Shown: positions 1 through 9,315, numbered from the stretch's first letter. The stretch is DNA of 44,425 nucleotides from an uncultured Leptolinea sp. (GCA_964511135.1 CAZEEL010000003.1:1-44425), one strand, 5' to 3'. The notes: a model not told the origin generated them from the sequence alone. Translations and numbers: made by a program.

Positions 1-2251
1 TGAGAAATTCAGGCCGGAAGTGTGCCTGAAATACCCGGGTGATGTCGTCGCGGGTGACGGTTCTGCCCTGGTCCCACAGTTCATTGCCCAGATTGGAAGT
101 CATAATAATGACGGCGTTGGTAAAGCTGACGGTACGGCCCTGCCCGTCGGTCAGGCGGCCATCATCCAGCACCTGGAGCAGGGTGTTGAAGACCTCGGTA
201 TGGGCTTTTTCGATTTCATCCAGCAATACGACGCTGTATGGCCGGCGCCTGACGGCTTCGGTCAGTTGACCGCCTTCGTCATACCCGACATATCCGGGAG
301 GGGCGCCGATCAGGCGGCTGACGGTATGCTTTTCCTGATATTCGCTCATATCGATTCGGATCATGGCTTTTTCATCGTCAAACAGAAATTCAGCCAGGGC
401 GCGCGCCAGCTCGGTTTTTCCAACACCGGTTGGTCCGATGAAAATAAAAGAACCAATCGGGCGGTTGGGGTCCTGCAGGCCGGCCCGGGCGCGGCGGACA
501 GCATTGGAAACAACGGTCACGGCTTCGTCCTGGCCAATGACCCGTTCATGCAGTCTTTCTTCCATATGCAGCAGCTTTCGGGTTTCGCCTTCCATCAGCC
601 GTGAAACGGGGATGCCCGTCCAGCGTCCAACGATTTCAGCAATTTCTTCTGTGTCTACTTCTTCCTTTAACAGTGCGCCTTCTTTTTGAAGTTCCTGCAG
701 ATGCGTTTCGGCTTCTTTCAACCTGTTTTCAAGGTCACGCAGGGTTCCATAGCGCAGGCGGGCAACTTTTTCAAGCTCGGCAGCCCGTTCTGCCCGCTCA
801 ATTTCGCCGCGGGTTTGATCGATCTGGCTTTTAATGGATCGAATCACTGAAATCTTTTCTTTTTCATTCTGCCAGCGGGTAGTCAGATGGGCTGATTGCT
901 CTTTGAGATTGGCCAGTTCTTCTTCAATTTTCTTTAAACGTTCTTTTGAAGCTTTATCGGTTTCTTTCTTTAAAGCTTCCCGCTCAATTTCAAGCTGCAT
1001 GATGGAACGGTCAGCTTCATCCAATACCTGTGGTTTTGAATCGATTTCAGTTCGCAGGCGGGCGGCTGCTTCATCTATCAGATCGATGGCTTTATCCGGC
1101 AGACGCCGGTCAGGAATGTAACGCTGCGAAAGGGATGCCGCGGCAATGACGGCCGGGTCGGTGATTCGAACTCCGTGGTGAACCTCGTAACGATCCTTAA
1201 GTCCGCGCAGGATGCTGATGGTGTCTTCTGCAGAAGGTTCCTCAACTGTGACCGGCTGGAAGCGTCGTTCCAGAGCCGGGTCTTTTTCAATGTATTTACG
1301 GTATTCATCCAGGGTGGTCGCCCCGATCATGTGCAGTGCGCCGCGTGCCAGCAGCGGTTTGATCATGTTTCCGGCGTCCATTGAGCCTTCAGAGGCTCCG
1401 GCGCCAACCACGGTGTGCATTTCGTCCAGAAAGACGATGATTTCACCTTCAGAATCAACGATTTCTTTTAAGGTGGCTTTTAATCGTTCTTCAAACTCGC
1501 CCCGATATTTTGCACCGGCGATCATGGCGCCCAAATCAAGCTGAATCAGACGTTTTTTCTTTAATCCTTCGGGAACATCGCCGTTAACAATCCGGGTGGC
1601 CAGACCTTCTACAATGGCTGTTTTTCCAACGCCCGGGGCGCCAATAATGGCCGGGTTATTTTTGGTTCGGCGGGATAAGATCTGGATAACCCTGCGAACT
1701 TCTTCTTCACGGCCGATAACCGGGTCGAGTTTCCCTTTGCGGGCGTCTGCGGTAAGATCGCGCCCGTATTTTTCAAGCGCCTGATAGGTTCCTTCAGGAG
1801 TTTCGCTGGTTACCCGCTGAGACCCGCGGATGGATTTTAAATTGTTTAGAATGGAATCTTTGGTGATTCCGTAAGATGTCATCCGCCGGCCTTCTATTGA
1901 GTCGGTCAGCCCTAACAGGATATGTTCTGTCGAAACGAATTCGTCCTGCATTCCCCTGGCATATTTTTCAGCCGATTCAAGGGAGGCGATGGCTGTATTG
2001 GAAAGTCCGGTTTCGATGTTACTGCCGATTACTTTGGGTCGTTTTTCCAGTTCCTGAATGAGTTCCTGTCGCAGCGCCAGTGAACTGCCCGAAATTTTGG
2101 TTACCAGGGCATTGACGACTCCTTCCTCCTGCTGCACCAGGGCGAGCAGAAGGTGAATGGGTTCTATGGTTTGATGCTGATAATCACGGGCTGTTTGTTG
2201 GGCTTTAAAGAGGGCTTCCCGGCTTTTTTCAGTAAATTTTTCAAGATTCAT
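1..2251 (-). CDS. clpB: ATP-dependent chaperone/disaggregase ClpB, N-terminal ~750 codons (C-terminus lies beyond the window start)
   Basis: Absent from the ORF track because the frame runs off the window edge. Manual minus-strand translation from ATG at 2251 (AGGTGA 5 nt upstream) gives [44 protein letters not shown]. It shows NBD1 Walker [16 protein letters not shown], a long coiled-coil middle domain and NBD2 Walker [16 protein letters not shown]. The + strand ORFs listed for 20..2335 are shadow frames. Confidence 0.9.
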   Translation of the reverse strand, partial: MNLEKFTEKSREALFKAQQTARDYQHQTIEPIHLLLALVQQEEGVVNALVTKISGSSLALRQELIQELEKRPKVIGSNIETGLSNTAIASLESAEKYARGMQDEFVSTEHILLGLTDSIEGRRMTSYGITKDSILNNLKSIRGSQRVTSETPEGTYQALEKYGRDLTADARKGKLDPVIGREEEVRRVIQILSRRTKNNPAIIGAPGVGKTAIVEGLATRIVNGDVPEGLKKKRLIQLDLGAMIAGAKYRGEFEERLKATLKEIVDSEGEIIVFLDEMHTVVGAGASEGSMDAGNMIKPLLARGALHMIGATTLDEYRKYIEKDPALERRFQPVTVEEPSAEDTISILRGLKDRYEVHHGVRITDPAVIAAASLSQRYIPDRRLPDKAIDLIDEAAARLRTEIDSKPQVLDEADRSIMQLEIEREALKKETDKASKERLKKIEEELANLKEQSAHLTTRWQNEKEKISVIRSIKSQIDQTRGEIERAERAAELEKVARLRYGTLRDLENRLKEAETHLQELQKEGALLKEEVDTEEIAEIVGRWTGIPVSRLMEGETRKLLHMEERLHERVIGQDEAVTVVSNAVRRARAGLQDPNRPIGSFIFIGPTGVGKTELARALAEFLFDDEKAMIRIDMSEYQEKHTVSRLIGAPPGYVGYDEGGQLTEAVRRRPYSVVLLDEIEKAHTEVFNTLLQVLDDGRLTDGQGRTVSFTNAVIIMTSNLGNELWDQGRTVTRDDITRVFQAHFRPEFL

Positions 2252-2302
2252 TATTTTCACCTGATTCTTTTCATAGGGTGTAATTTTATTTATTCAGTAT
2301 CT

Positions 2303-2330
2303 ATATTAGAACAGAAAAGTATTAAAACAA
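2303..2330 (-). promoter_or_regulatory. candidate sigma-70-type promoter for clpB
   Basis: The minus strand reads TTGTTT-N16-TAATAT, with the -10 about 52 nt upstream of the clpB ATG. No CIRCE-like inverted repeat seen. Confidence 0.3.
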
Positions 2331-2631
2331 GATAAGAAAAGAGGTCTGTTTTTGCAGGGAGTGTACATTGGGAGTCAACCGAATCGGTTTTTTTGCTGAA
2401 TTTCAGAGAGGATCATAAGAGGTTTTTTCCGGCAGGAGCAGCCAAAAACAGCGGTGAGAACTGCGGTCAGAAAGATGTGAGTCATTCCGGGCGGTATCTT
2501 TTCTGACAGGCAGCCGTATTCTGACAGCAGGTTGATATCTGCCGGATCGAATGAGATTAAACGTGCGGGGTAAACCCGTTTTGATCACCGCCTGGCGGTT
2601 GATTCTACGTGTAAAGTTGCAGCCGGCAGCG

Positions 2632-3060
2632 TTACTCTTCCCAGTCTTCAGCAGATACGGAACGCCGCTTTTTTAATTGGCTGCGGATGTTTTTGCTTTT
2701 CAGGCGGGCTGTGTGTGAAGCGCCGGTTTTTCGAGTAGGCCGGCGGGTTTTCGGCTGATGGGATGCCTGTTCCAGCAGATGGTTCAGTCGGCGCAGGGCG
2801 TCCAGACGGTTGGCTTCCTGGGTGCGGAAGCGTTTTGCTTCAATGATTAAGATTCCATCTTCTGTGATGCGATGACCAGCCAGTTTGATCAGGCGTTCTT
2901 TAACATCCGTTTCCAGTGAGGGAGACGTGCGCACGTTGAACCGAAGCTGAACTGCTGAGGCAACCTTGTTGACGTTCTGGCCGCCGGGGCCGGAAGCGCG
3001 GATGAATTCAAATTGAATTTCACTGTCTTCAATTTTTACAGAAGTTATTTCACTGTACAT
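2632..3060 (-). CDS. arfB: peptidyl-tRNA hydrolase ArfB (alternative ribosome-rescue factor B, YaeJ family)
   Basis: 142 aa with a GGQ motif in ASGPGGQNVNKV and a basic C-terminal tail (KSKNIRSQLKKRR). The size fits ArfB rather than RF1/RF2. Confidence 0.85.
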   Translation of the reverse strand: MYSEITSVKIEDSEIQFEFIRASGPGGQNVNKVASAVQLRFNVRTSPSLETDVKERLIKLAGHRITEDGILIIEAKRFRTQEANRLDALRRLNHLLEQASHQPKTRRPTRKTGASHTARLKSKNIRSQLKKRRSVSAEDWEE

Positions 3061-3080
3061 GTTGTATACCCGCTCACGCT

Positions 3081-3134
3081 TTCTTCTTCTGCTTCTTCTG
3101 CTTCTTTTGCTTACTTTATCTGCTTACTTTATCT
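3081..3134. repeat. short tandem repeats in the arfB 5' region (GCTTCTTCT-like units x3, then GCTTACTTTATCT x2)
   Basis: Read directly: ttcttcttct gcttcttct gcttctttt gcttactttatct gcttactttatct. On the arfB strand this is a purine-rich AGAAGAAGC / AGATAAAGTAAGC tract ending about 20 nt before the ATG. Confidence 0.75.
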
Positions 3135-3144
3135 TTGAATTGTA

Positions 3145-3172
3145 AGACAGATTCTGTGCGATGAATCTGTCT
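3145..3172. other. perfect 10-bp inverted repeat (AGACAGATTC / GAATCTGTCT) with an 8-nt loop
   Basis: Seen directly between the nitroreductase stop (3247) and the arfB start (3060). There is no adjacent U-tract on either strand, so it is not a canonical intrinsic terminator. Confidence 0.6.
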
Positions 3173-3246
3173 GCAGCCGGCATGGTTCAAACTGCACAGC
3201 CACGCTGGATGAAAGTCGGGCAAATCATCCGGTTGAAAACAGGCGT

Positions 3247-3915
3247 TTACACCCAATTAAAGTTTTCTTTTCCGGCGCCGATTTCAAAGTGATATTTTAC
3301 AATGCCGAGGTCAACCCTGGAATAAAAACCTCCGGTAGATTTGGCATTCACTGTATTTCCGCTTTGAGTCAGCAAAAAGCTTTGCTGATTCATGGCGGTA
3401 GGAGCAAGCATTGCAGCCTCCATTCCTGCTTTGAACCACTCCGGCATGTTCTGTTCTGTCTTACACAGTGCGTTCATTGGCCTGGAACGGTGCGGCACAC
3501 CCTGTACTGCGCCATATCCCAACGTGATTACACAGACCAGCTTCTCATCTTTATTGAGAACCGCGCCGCATTTACCTTTGCTGAATGTTAAGGCAACCCA
3601 GCAGGAATTCAGTCCCTGCATCTGTGCAGCCAGCGCCAGGCGCTGACCATAATAGCCGAGTTTTTCGTCAGGGGTATTGGCTTTTGTACCTGCAAGGGCT
3701 ATATAATTTTTCACACCGGAAAACTTACCGTAGTGTGCCATTCTGCCGCCAAATGCTTTGGGCTCGTTTAAAACAAGCTGGATGTTCAGCTTTCCTTCGA
3801 TATTGCAAAGGTTAATTTCTTCCTCAAGCCTGGCTATTATTGAAGGCTCAATCGCTTTATCCAAATAACTTCTTACCGCATGGCGGCTTTTGATGGCTTC
3901 AGGCAGGATCATCAC
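3247..3915 (-). CDS. nitroreductase family protein
   Basis: 222 aa. The N-terminal AIKSRHAVRSY (R-x-S-x-R-x-Y) motif and overall size are typical of the FMN nitroreductase fold. Confidence 0.75.
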   Translation of the reverse strand: MMILPEAIKSRHAVRSYLDKAIEPSIIARLEEEINLCNIEGKLNIQLVLNEPKAFGGRMAHYGKFSGVKNYIALAGTKANTPDEKLGYYGQRLALAAQMQGLNSCWVALTFSKGKCGAVLNKDEKLVCVITLGYGAVQGVPHRSRPMNALCKTEQNMPEWFKAGMEAAMLAPTAMNQQSFLLTQSGNTVNAKSTGGFYSRVDLGIVKYHFEIGAGKENFNWV

Positions 3916-4183
3916 AAAATCTCCTTTTTATTCCAATTCAGACATTATTATCTTCCCCTGATCTTACTGATCTTTTCCGAGGCTGACAAGGATTTTTTTA
4001 CAATCTCTGGGGGAGGAGAAAAATATGTTGACTGCGCAATGGTTAAGGATTACCCGGTTACATTAATTATTGAGCAATTATGGAGCATGCCGGTCAGACT
4101 GCCGGCAGTAATGTCATGCTGAATCTGATCAGATTTTTCTGCAAAGAATGAAAAGAGAAAGGAATTTTCCGAAAACGGCTGTT

Positions 4184-5026
4184 TTAAAACAGCACGCCGG
4201 CCAGTTCAGCGCGATAGGAGCGAATATCCGGGTCATCTTCGGGCATCATTTCCAGAATAGCAAGGAAGTTTTCACGGGCCAGACCGTTACGATAATTTTT
4301 ATCTCTTTTCAGAACGCCGAGCAGTCCATCCAGTGCGGCTGCAAAATTACCGCGGGCGGCCAGATTTAAGCTGTTTTCAAACGTGTTGTCATAGTCGTTG
4401 CAGGGTTCCAGTTTTCTTTGCTGTATCTTTACCAGCGTTTCAGCCAGCGGCAGCAGGTTTTGAGCATGGCTGTACTGGCGGCTGGCCGGAAAGTTATGCA
4501 AAATCTTCATGGATATCTGCGGACTCATACGGAGGATAGATATTTTGGCCAAGCCCAGCAGACTGGCCGGGTTTCCGGGCGCCTGTTCAAAAAGCGCGGT
4601 ATAGATTTTTTCTGCCTCGTCATATTGGTGCATGTTAAACAGCCCATCTGCTTTTTCTATGGCGAGGTTGAAGGGACTGGGCGGGGTGATACTCGCCAGA
4701 AATGATCTGACACGATGTTCAGACTGCGGGCCTGCCATTTCGGCAACTACTTCTGTCTGGGTGATGGCTTTAATGGTCGGAACGGTGCGCACGCCAAAGC
4801 GCAGGGCTAAATTCGGGCTCTGGTCAACATTGATTCGCGCCAGTCTGAAACTTCCGGCTGCCTGGTGGGCGAACATTTCAAGTATAGGGGTTAACTCTTT
4901 ACAGGGTTTGCACCATTCAGCCCAGAAGTCAATGACTACAGGCGTATTTAAAGAATACTGAAGTACTTCGTATTCAAAATTCTCATCGTTGATATCTATA
5001 ATGTAATTGTTTGACATTTTTCTCAC
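4184..5026 (-). CDS. thioredoxin-domain protein with C-terminal TPR-like domain (YbbN/CnoX-like)
   Basis: FWAEWCKPCK is a thioredoxin CxxC site. It is followed by about 170 aa of helical repeat sequence. The listed start is GTG; ATG at 5017 (MSNNY) is an alternative. Confidence 0.8.
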   Translation of the reverse strand: MRKMSNNYIIDINDENFEYEVLQYSLNTPVVIDFWAEWCKPCKELTPILEMFAHQAAGSFRLARINVDQSPNLALRFGVRTVPTIKAITQTEVVAEMAGPQSEHRVRSFLASITPPSPFNLAIEKADGLFNMHQYDEAEKIYTALFEQAPGNPASLLGLAKISILRMSPQISMKILHNFPASRQYSHAQNLLPLAETLVKIQQRKLEPCNDYDNTFENSLNLAARGNFAAALDGLLGVLKRDKNYRNGLARENFLAILEMMPEDDPDIRSYRAELAGVLF

Positions 5027-5069
5027 ATTTTAATTTGTATTCTGTTCGAAAGTGATGCAAATTATGTCA

Positions 5070-5495
5070 TTATTCTTCTTCCAAAGGAGGATTGTCTGCC
5101 GGTTGGTCCAGCCGAATGACGTCTCCGTGGATGTTGACGACAATTTTAAAGCCCATCATTTCCAAGTATGATTTGTTATCTGCAGGAATACCTATGGTTT
5201 GCATGGATTCAAACTGTTGACTGACATTTTTCAGTTGATTCTCGATCACGGCCTGCGAAAAGATATCATTTACTTTCAGCATTTTGGCAGTCTGGTCAGC
5301 CAGAAATTTTTCATTTCCGGCAATATTTGAAGTTAATTGTTCCCAAACCTGACGATCAATATATTCGCTGGAAACATGCCGTTTAAAGCCCTGATCATCA
5401 ATGATGTAGACCGGCTCATTACCAACATAACTGAAATTGACCGGATTGTCGTTTTCATCGTAGATTAAACCACTGAATAAAGCATATTTTGTCAT
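5070..5495 (-). CDS. hypothetical protein (141 aa)
   Basis: Clean ORF 43 nt downstream of the thioredoxin-TPR gene on the same strand. No motif recognised. Confidence 0.5.
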   Translation of the reverse strand: MTKYALFSGLIYDENDNPVNFSYVGNEPVYIIDDQGFKRHVSSEYIDRQVWEQLTSNIAGNEKFLADQTAKMLKVNDIFSQAVIENQLKNVSQQFESMQTIGIPADNKSYLEMMGFKIVVNIHGDVIRLDQPADNPPLEEE

Positions 5496-5677
5496 TTTAT
5501 CTTCACTGTAATTTCAGGCCACATTAAAATGTTTCCTGTTTTTTTGTTTAAACTTATTCTAAAGGATGTTGCCATTTTATGGTAGCGTAACATGCCTGCC
5601 ATTTATATATTTATACCATGAGGGTATAAGAATTATGTTAATTCAATAACAATCGGGATGATACGGGTATAAATCGG

Positions 5678-7207
5678 TTAATAGTGAATATTTACAATGG
5701 TTCCAACCCGTGCCTGTTCATAGATCCATTGTGCATCCGAAGTAGACAGGTTTATGCAGCCATGACTCATGGGGGTGCCAAAATTGCTGTGCCAATAGGT
5801 GCCATGTAAGCCATAGCCCTGATAGAAGTACATGACATAGGGTACATTCGGCAGGTCGTATCCCGGCCCGCGCATGTCTGCATAGCGGTACATAACGTAA
5901 ATGCGGTACTGGCCGGTGACGGTGGGATGTTCGGCTGTTCCGGTGGAAGCTACGAATGAATTAAGCAGGGTATTGCCGCTGTAGGCATAGACCATCTGTT
6001 GTGACAGGTTGATGTCGACCCAGAAGTCTCCGGTTGGAGCGGTGACAGAGGCGGGTTCCTGAATCACGGGATTGGGGTTTGGTACAATGATTGTATTATT
6101 TGTTTGAACCGGAGGGAGGGGAGAGTATGCGGAGATCGGCGTTATTTGTACAATTGGCACCGACGTGGGCAAATGATCTCCGGTAGCTGGATTTGTTACC
6201 TGACCGGAAGGTTTTGTTTCTTCAGCAGATGGGGTTACCACCATCGGTGTTTGGGTTGGCAACGGGGTTGGCGTAGCTGTTGGCAACGGGGTTGAGCTGG
6301 GCAGCGGGGTGGGGGTTAATGTTGCCGTTGGAATAAGCATTTCAGCGGTTTGAGCAGTTTCAAAAGAGGCGGCTCTTTGGGTGGACTGGATCGCGATGAC
6401 GGTTTCATAAATTGCTGTTTCGTCCACAGGCGCCAGCGTGATTTTGAAGGGCAGAGGCAATGAGTTTTTGCCCAGGTCTTTCAGGGCGGAGAAGCCTCCC
6501 AGCCAGGTGATTAAGGCAGCAATCAGTATTCCGCAGGCAACGACCCAGGGCAGGATGACCAGCCCGAAAAGAAATTCCGGGTTCCTGTTGTGTTTTTTTG
6601 ACGTTGTTTTTTGAGCCCGGGGCGGCAGCGGATGGCTGGCTGGGCTTTCCTGGGGCCGGGGCGGCAGCGGATGGCTGGCTGGGCTTTCCTGGGGCCGGGG
6701 CGGCAGTGGATAGCTGACTGGGCTTTCCTGAGGCCGGGGCGGCAGCGGATGGCTGACTGGGCTTTCCTGAGGCCGGGGCGGCAGCGGATGGCTGGCTGGG
6801 CTTTCCTGAGTCTGGATTGGCGGCGGTGGATAGCTGACTGGGCTTTCCTGAGGCCGGGGTTTTTCAGGGGGAGGCACAGGGCCAGTCACGGATGGAGCTT
6901 CGTGGGCGGGTTTCTCTTCGTGAACGGCGTGCATATCAATCTGCTGTCCGCTCTTTTCGGCTTTGTTTTTGGCCCATTCCAGCCCCTCTTTTGCCTGCTG
7001 GTTTGTCGGGTCCAGTTGCAAAATGCGGTTCAGATATTGAACACTTTCCTGAGGATTTTGGCTGATACCTGCCAGAATCGATAAAGCCAGGATATCCTGC
7101 GGGTTTTCCAGCAGGGCCTGTTGAGTCCAATGGACGGCCATTTGTTGGTCGCCATGTTTCAGAGCAGTTTTTGCTTTTTGAATGGAGGGTGTTGTTGATT
7201 GGTTCAT
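5678..7207 (-). CDS. L,D-transpeptidase (YkuD domain) with N-terminal TPR-like region, Pro-rich tandem repeat and one TM helix
   Basis: C-terminal YkuD signature GYGLHGTYWHSNFGTPMSHGCINL with the catalytic His/Cys. TM segment FLFGLVILPWVVACGILIAALITWLGGF. Start placed at MNQSTTPSIQ (7207), 4 nt after the upstream stop. The listed start at 7309 would overlap the amidase gene by 98 nt. Confidence 0.8.
   Translation of the reverse strand: MNQSTTPSIQKAKTALKHGDQQMAVHWTQQALLENPQDILALSILAGISQNPQESVQYLNRILQLDPTNQQAKEGLEWAKNKAEKSGQQIDMHAVHEEKPAHEAPSVTGPVPPPEKPRPQESPVSYPPPPIQTQESPASHPLPPRPQESPVSHPLPPRPQESPVSYPLPPRPQESPASHPLPPRPQESPASHPLPPRAQKTTSKKHNRNPEFLFGLVILPWVVACGILIAALITWLGGFSALKDLGKNSLPLPFKITLAPVDETAIYETVIAIQSTQRAASFETAQTAEMLIPTATLTPTPLPSSTPLPTATPTPLPTQTPMVVTPSAEETKPSGQVTNPATGDHLPTSVPIVQITPISAYSPLPPVQTNNTIIVPNPNPVIQEPASVTAPTGDFWVDINLSQQMVYAYSGNTLLNSFVASTGTAEHPTVTGQYRIYVMYRYADMRGPGYDLPNVPYVMYFYQGYGLHGTYWHSNFGTPMSHGCINLSTSDAQWIYEQARVGTIVNIHY
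6618..6865. repeat. in-frame 39-nt tandem repeat (5 near-identical copies, one 42-nt degenerate copy, one partial)
   Basis: Unit is cggggcggcagcggatggctggctgggctttcctggggc. It encodes PRPQESP[AV]S[HY]PLP repeats inside the L,D-transpeptidase. Confidence 0.9.
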
Positions 7208-7211
7208 GGGG

Positions 7212-8276
7212 CTATTCAGAGGTTGGGGTCGGTGTTTCTGATTCGGCGGGCGGATCGATTTTAATTTCGATGGTTTCATTGCGCAGGAAGCAAAGGATTC
7301 CGTCTGCAACTCCGCGTGCGATCTGGTCAGTGTGTTCAGTCAGTATTTCATAGTCCATATTCATAAACCCTGTTTCAATAATTGCAGCTGTCGTATTGGA
7401 ATGGATTTCATTGAAAGTATGATAGTCGGTCATGTCTTTTGTAATGGTATTGGCATGAAAGTTTAACCCGGTTGCTTTTTGATAGCGGTCAATGAGGCAG
7501 GCGGTCAGTTTGGCCGATTTTTCGGGGTAAGAGTCGGATAAAGCAGAGGCAACTTTAAAACCGGTTGCATGCTGCCCGATATACATGCAGGAGTCGTTGT
7601 GAATAGAAACCAATACCGCCGCAGAGTATAGCGTCAATTTTTCATCACGTTCTTTTAACAGATCCACATCATACCCTTCGCTGATCAAATACTCGCGGGT
7701 CAGGTTGGCTATTCTCAGGTTTAAATCAACCTCGGTGGTTCCATTGGGGCATACTGCGCCGCTGTCATTGCCCCAGTGGCCGGCTACCAACCCGATATGC
7801 GGCAAGCGGGCGATGGTTGCGTTTGGAACCGTTACAGGAGAAGATTTTTCAGCTTCCATATCTGCCAACATTTTTCTCAAAAGATTGTTTGAGAATAAAC
7901 TGCCGGGGGTCCATAATGTGAGCAGCGTTGCCATGATGACCCCGGTCAGGATGATTGTTTGGATGGAAGCGAGGGGATTAAAGCGTGAAGAAGGGCGGCG
8001 CTTCTCTTTGGAAGGGCGTGAAGGTACATCAGAGTCGCTGCTGCCAGGCTTTCTTTCTGTTGGATAGTTTTCTGCAGCCGTGACATCGATCGGGCGGGTA
8101 TTTTCCCGCTGGGATGGGGATTCAGCCTCTATGGGTTCCGGGCGGTTTGATTCTTCCGGTTCTTCGGCCTTATTTTCACTGGTTTCAGCATTTTCAGCAC
8201 GAATTTCAGAATCCGGGTTGGAATCAGCTCCTGATGGAGAATCAGAATCGTTGATCGGCTCAATTTCATCATTCAT
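7212..8276 (-). CDS. N-acetylmuramoyl-L-alanine amidase (Amidase_3 family) with acidic low-complexity N-terminus and one TM helix
   Basis: Catalytic-domain motifs IGLVAGHWGNDSGA, VLVSIHNDS and TAAIIETGFMNMD. The stop lies 4 nt before the L,D-transpeptidase start, so the two are likely co-transcribed. Confidence 0.85.
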   Translation of the reverse strand: MNDEIEPINDSDSPSGADSNPDSEIRAENAETSENKAEEPEESNRPEPIEAESPSQRENTRPIDVTAAENYPTERKPGSSDSDVPSRPSKEKRRPSSRFNPLASIQTIILTGVIMATLLTLWTPGSLFSNNLLRKMLADMEAEKSSPVTVPNATIARLPHIGLVAGHWGNDSGAVCPNGTTEVDLNLRIANLTREYLISEGYDVDLLKERDEKLTLYSAAVLVSIHNDSCMYIGQHATGFKVASALSDSYPEKSAKLTACLIDRYQKATGLNFHANTITKDMTDYHTFNEIHSNTTAAIIETGFMNMDYEILTEHTDQIARGVADGILCFLRNETIEIKIDPPAESETPTPTSE

Positions 8277-8333
8277 GATTGCTATTAGTATAATATGAAA
8301 AGACAGAATAAGATATTATTTAAAATGGAATAA

Positions 8334-8470
8334 TTAACGTGAATTTGAGATTATATCTTTTGTTGGATGAAAGAGCACGCGGGCGCGGCCGTCTGGGTTG
8401 GGAAAGATGGATGGTTCGGCTAAAAAACGGCCTGTAATGACCCATGATTTGTGTGTCCAGGGTTATCCCG
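8334..8470 (+). repeat. copy A of a dispersed ~100-nt element (small-ORF relic or structured element)
   Basis: TTAACGTGAATT..ATCTTTTGTTGGATGAAAGAGCACGCGGGCGCGGCCGTCTGGGTTGGGAAAGATGGATGG..TAAAAAACGG aligns by eye with copies at 9103, 37258 and 31184 (reverse). It contains an 18-codon ORF, 8367..8423 (MKEHAGAAVWVGKDGWFG). Confidence 0.8.
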
Positions 8471-8535
8471 ATGGCGGTTAATCAATAAACTATCATTAAA
8501 AAAGAATAGAAAATGAAAAAGATAAAGGCGGATGA

Positions 8536-9105
8536 ATGGAACTTCTGACGGAAAATGAAAAAAAATGTTTGCTGGTTGTTGCGCGGACTGCCGTGGAGGC
8601 TGCTGTTCGTAAGCAGCCCCTGCCGGATTTGCACATGGCGCAGGTTTCTCCCCGGCTGCAGGCCGATGGGGTTTCTTTTGTCACGATAACCAAACAGAAA
8701 CGGTTGCGCGGTTGTATTGGCGCTTTACAGGCATATCAGCCGCTTATTTTGGATGTTCAGGAACATGCGGCAGCGGCAGCAACGGAGGATTACCGCTTTC
8801 ATCCCGTGCAGGAAAATGAATTGAATGATTTGCATATTGAAGTGTCGGTATTAACTTCTCCGGTTCTGCTGGAGTATGCAGATGCGCAGGATTTAATCAA
8901 CAAGCTGCGGCCGGGCGTCGATGGGGTTATCCTGCAGGATGAATCGCGGAGGGCAACATTTTTACCTCAGGTATGGGAGCAACTGCCCGAGCCTTCTGAA
9001 TTTCTCAGTCATCTGTGTCAAAAAATGGGCGCTTCAGCCAGTCTGTGGAAGAGTCATCCTTTGAAAGTTTTTATTTATCAGGTTGAAGAGTTTCATGAAG
9101 AATAA
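8536..9105 (+). CDS. AMMECR1-domain protein (AmmeMemoRadiSam system protein A-like)
   Basis: 189 aa with the AMMECR1 signature LRGCIGAL and the typical family length. Confidence 0.85.
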   Translation: MELLTENEKKCLLVVARTAVEAAVRKQPLPDLHMAQVSPRLQADGVSFVTITKQKRLRGCIGALQAYQPLILDVQEHAAAAATEDYRFHPVQENELNDLHIEVSVLTSPVLLEYADAQDLINKLRPGVDGVILQDESRRATFLPQVWEQLPEPSEFLSHLCQKMGASASLWKSHPLKVFIYQVEEFHEE

Positions 9106-9210
9106 CGTATATTTTGGTTAAAATCTTTCGTTGATGAAGGGTTTGTTTTGGGAAAGATGGGCTCATCATTTAAAAAACGCTGGTTGTATTCCGGTTGATG
9201 TGTTTTTGCT
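9103..9210 (+). repeat. copy B of the dispersed element (lacks the central GC hairpin)
   Basis: TAACGTATATTTTGGTTAAAATCTTTCGTTGATGAAGGGTTTGTTTTGGGAAAGATGGGCTCATCATTTAAAAAACGCTGG. It starts on the AMMECR1 stop codon and is closest to copy A. Confidence 0.75.
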
Positions 9211-9282
9211 GTTTCAGCTGGCAGATGTTGCAGGGCTGATTGTAGCAACGGCATTTCAGCGTTTGGATCCGTGCGCATGAAT

Positions 9283-9315
9283 AAAAAAGGCAGAAAACGA
9301 TATCGCTTTCTGCCT
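9283..9315 (-). terminator. rho-independent terminator of the GH63-like/darA operon
   Basis: The minus strand reads AGGCAGAAAGCG-ATAT-CGTTTTCTGCCT followed by TTTTTTAT. This is a 12-bp stem with one G-U pair, 31 nt after the stop at 9346. Confidence 0.8.

Noticed and set aside
20-2335. Eleven + strand ORFs of 60-194 aa listed across the first 2.3 kb
   Set aside because: They are shadow frames antisense to clpB. Their translations are low-complexity (Ala/Arg/Ser-rich), while the minus strand gives an uninterrupted, motif-rich ClpB sequence.
2422-2449. Hairpin GUUUUUUCC-GGCA-GGAGCAGCCAAAAAC resembling the SRP RNA helix 8 core (CCGGAAGGAAGCAGCC)
   Set aside because: The tetraloop is GGCA, not GNAR. 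The 5' strand lacks the conserved internal-loop nucleotides (..CAGGUCC..). No long closing helix could be found, so the resemblance is probably chance.
2403-2588. 61-aa minus-strand ORF in the arfB-clpB spacer
   Set aside because: It is a basic, low-complexity translation with no RBS and no recognisable motif. It is probably non-coding spacer, although the 380-nt spacer itself remains unexplained.
3190-3245. Possible fifth copy of the dispersed element (CACGCTGGATGAAAG plus GACAGATTC nearby)
   Set aside because: Only short words are shared, and they are in a permuted order relative to copies A-D. There is no TTGGGAAAGATGG core, so this is too weak to call.
6611-7084. 157-aa + strand ORF with its own repeats (GRQRMAGWAFL..)
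   Set aside because: It is the antisense reading of the 39-nt tandem repeat inside the L,D-transpeptidase gene. The minus frame has the YkuD domain and is the real one.
9133-9279. 48-codon ORF (MKGLFWERWAHHLKNAG..) starting inside repeat copy B
   Set aside because: It has no RBS and sits in a different frame from the conserved peptide-like frame of copies A, C and D. It runs into the operon terminator, so it is likely fortuitous.
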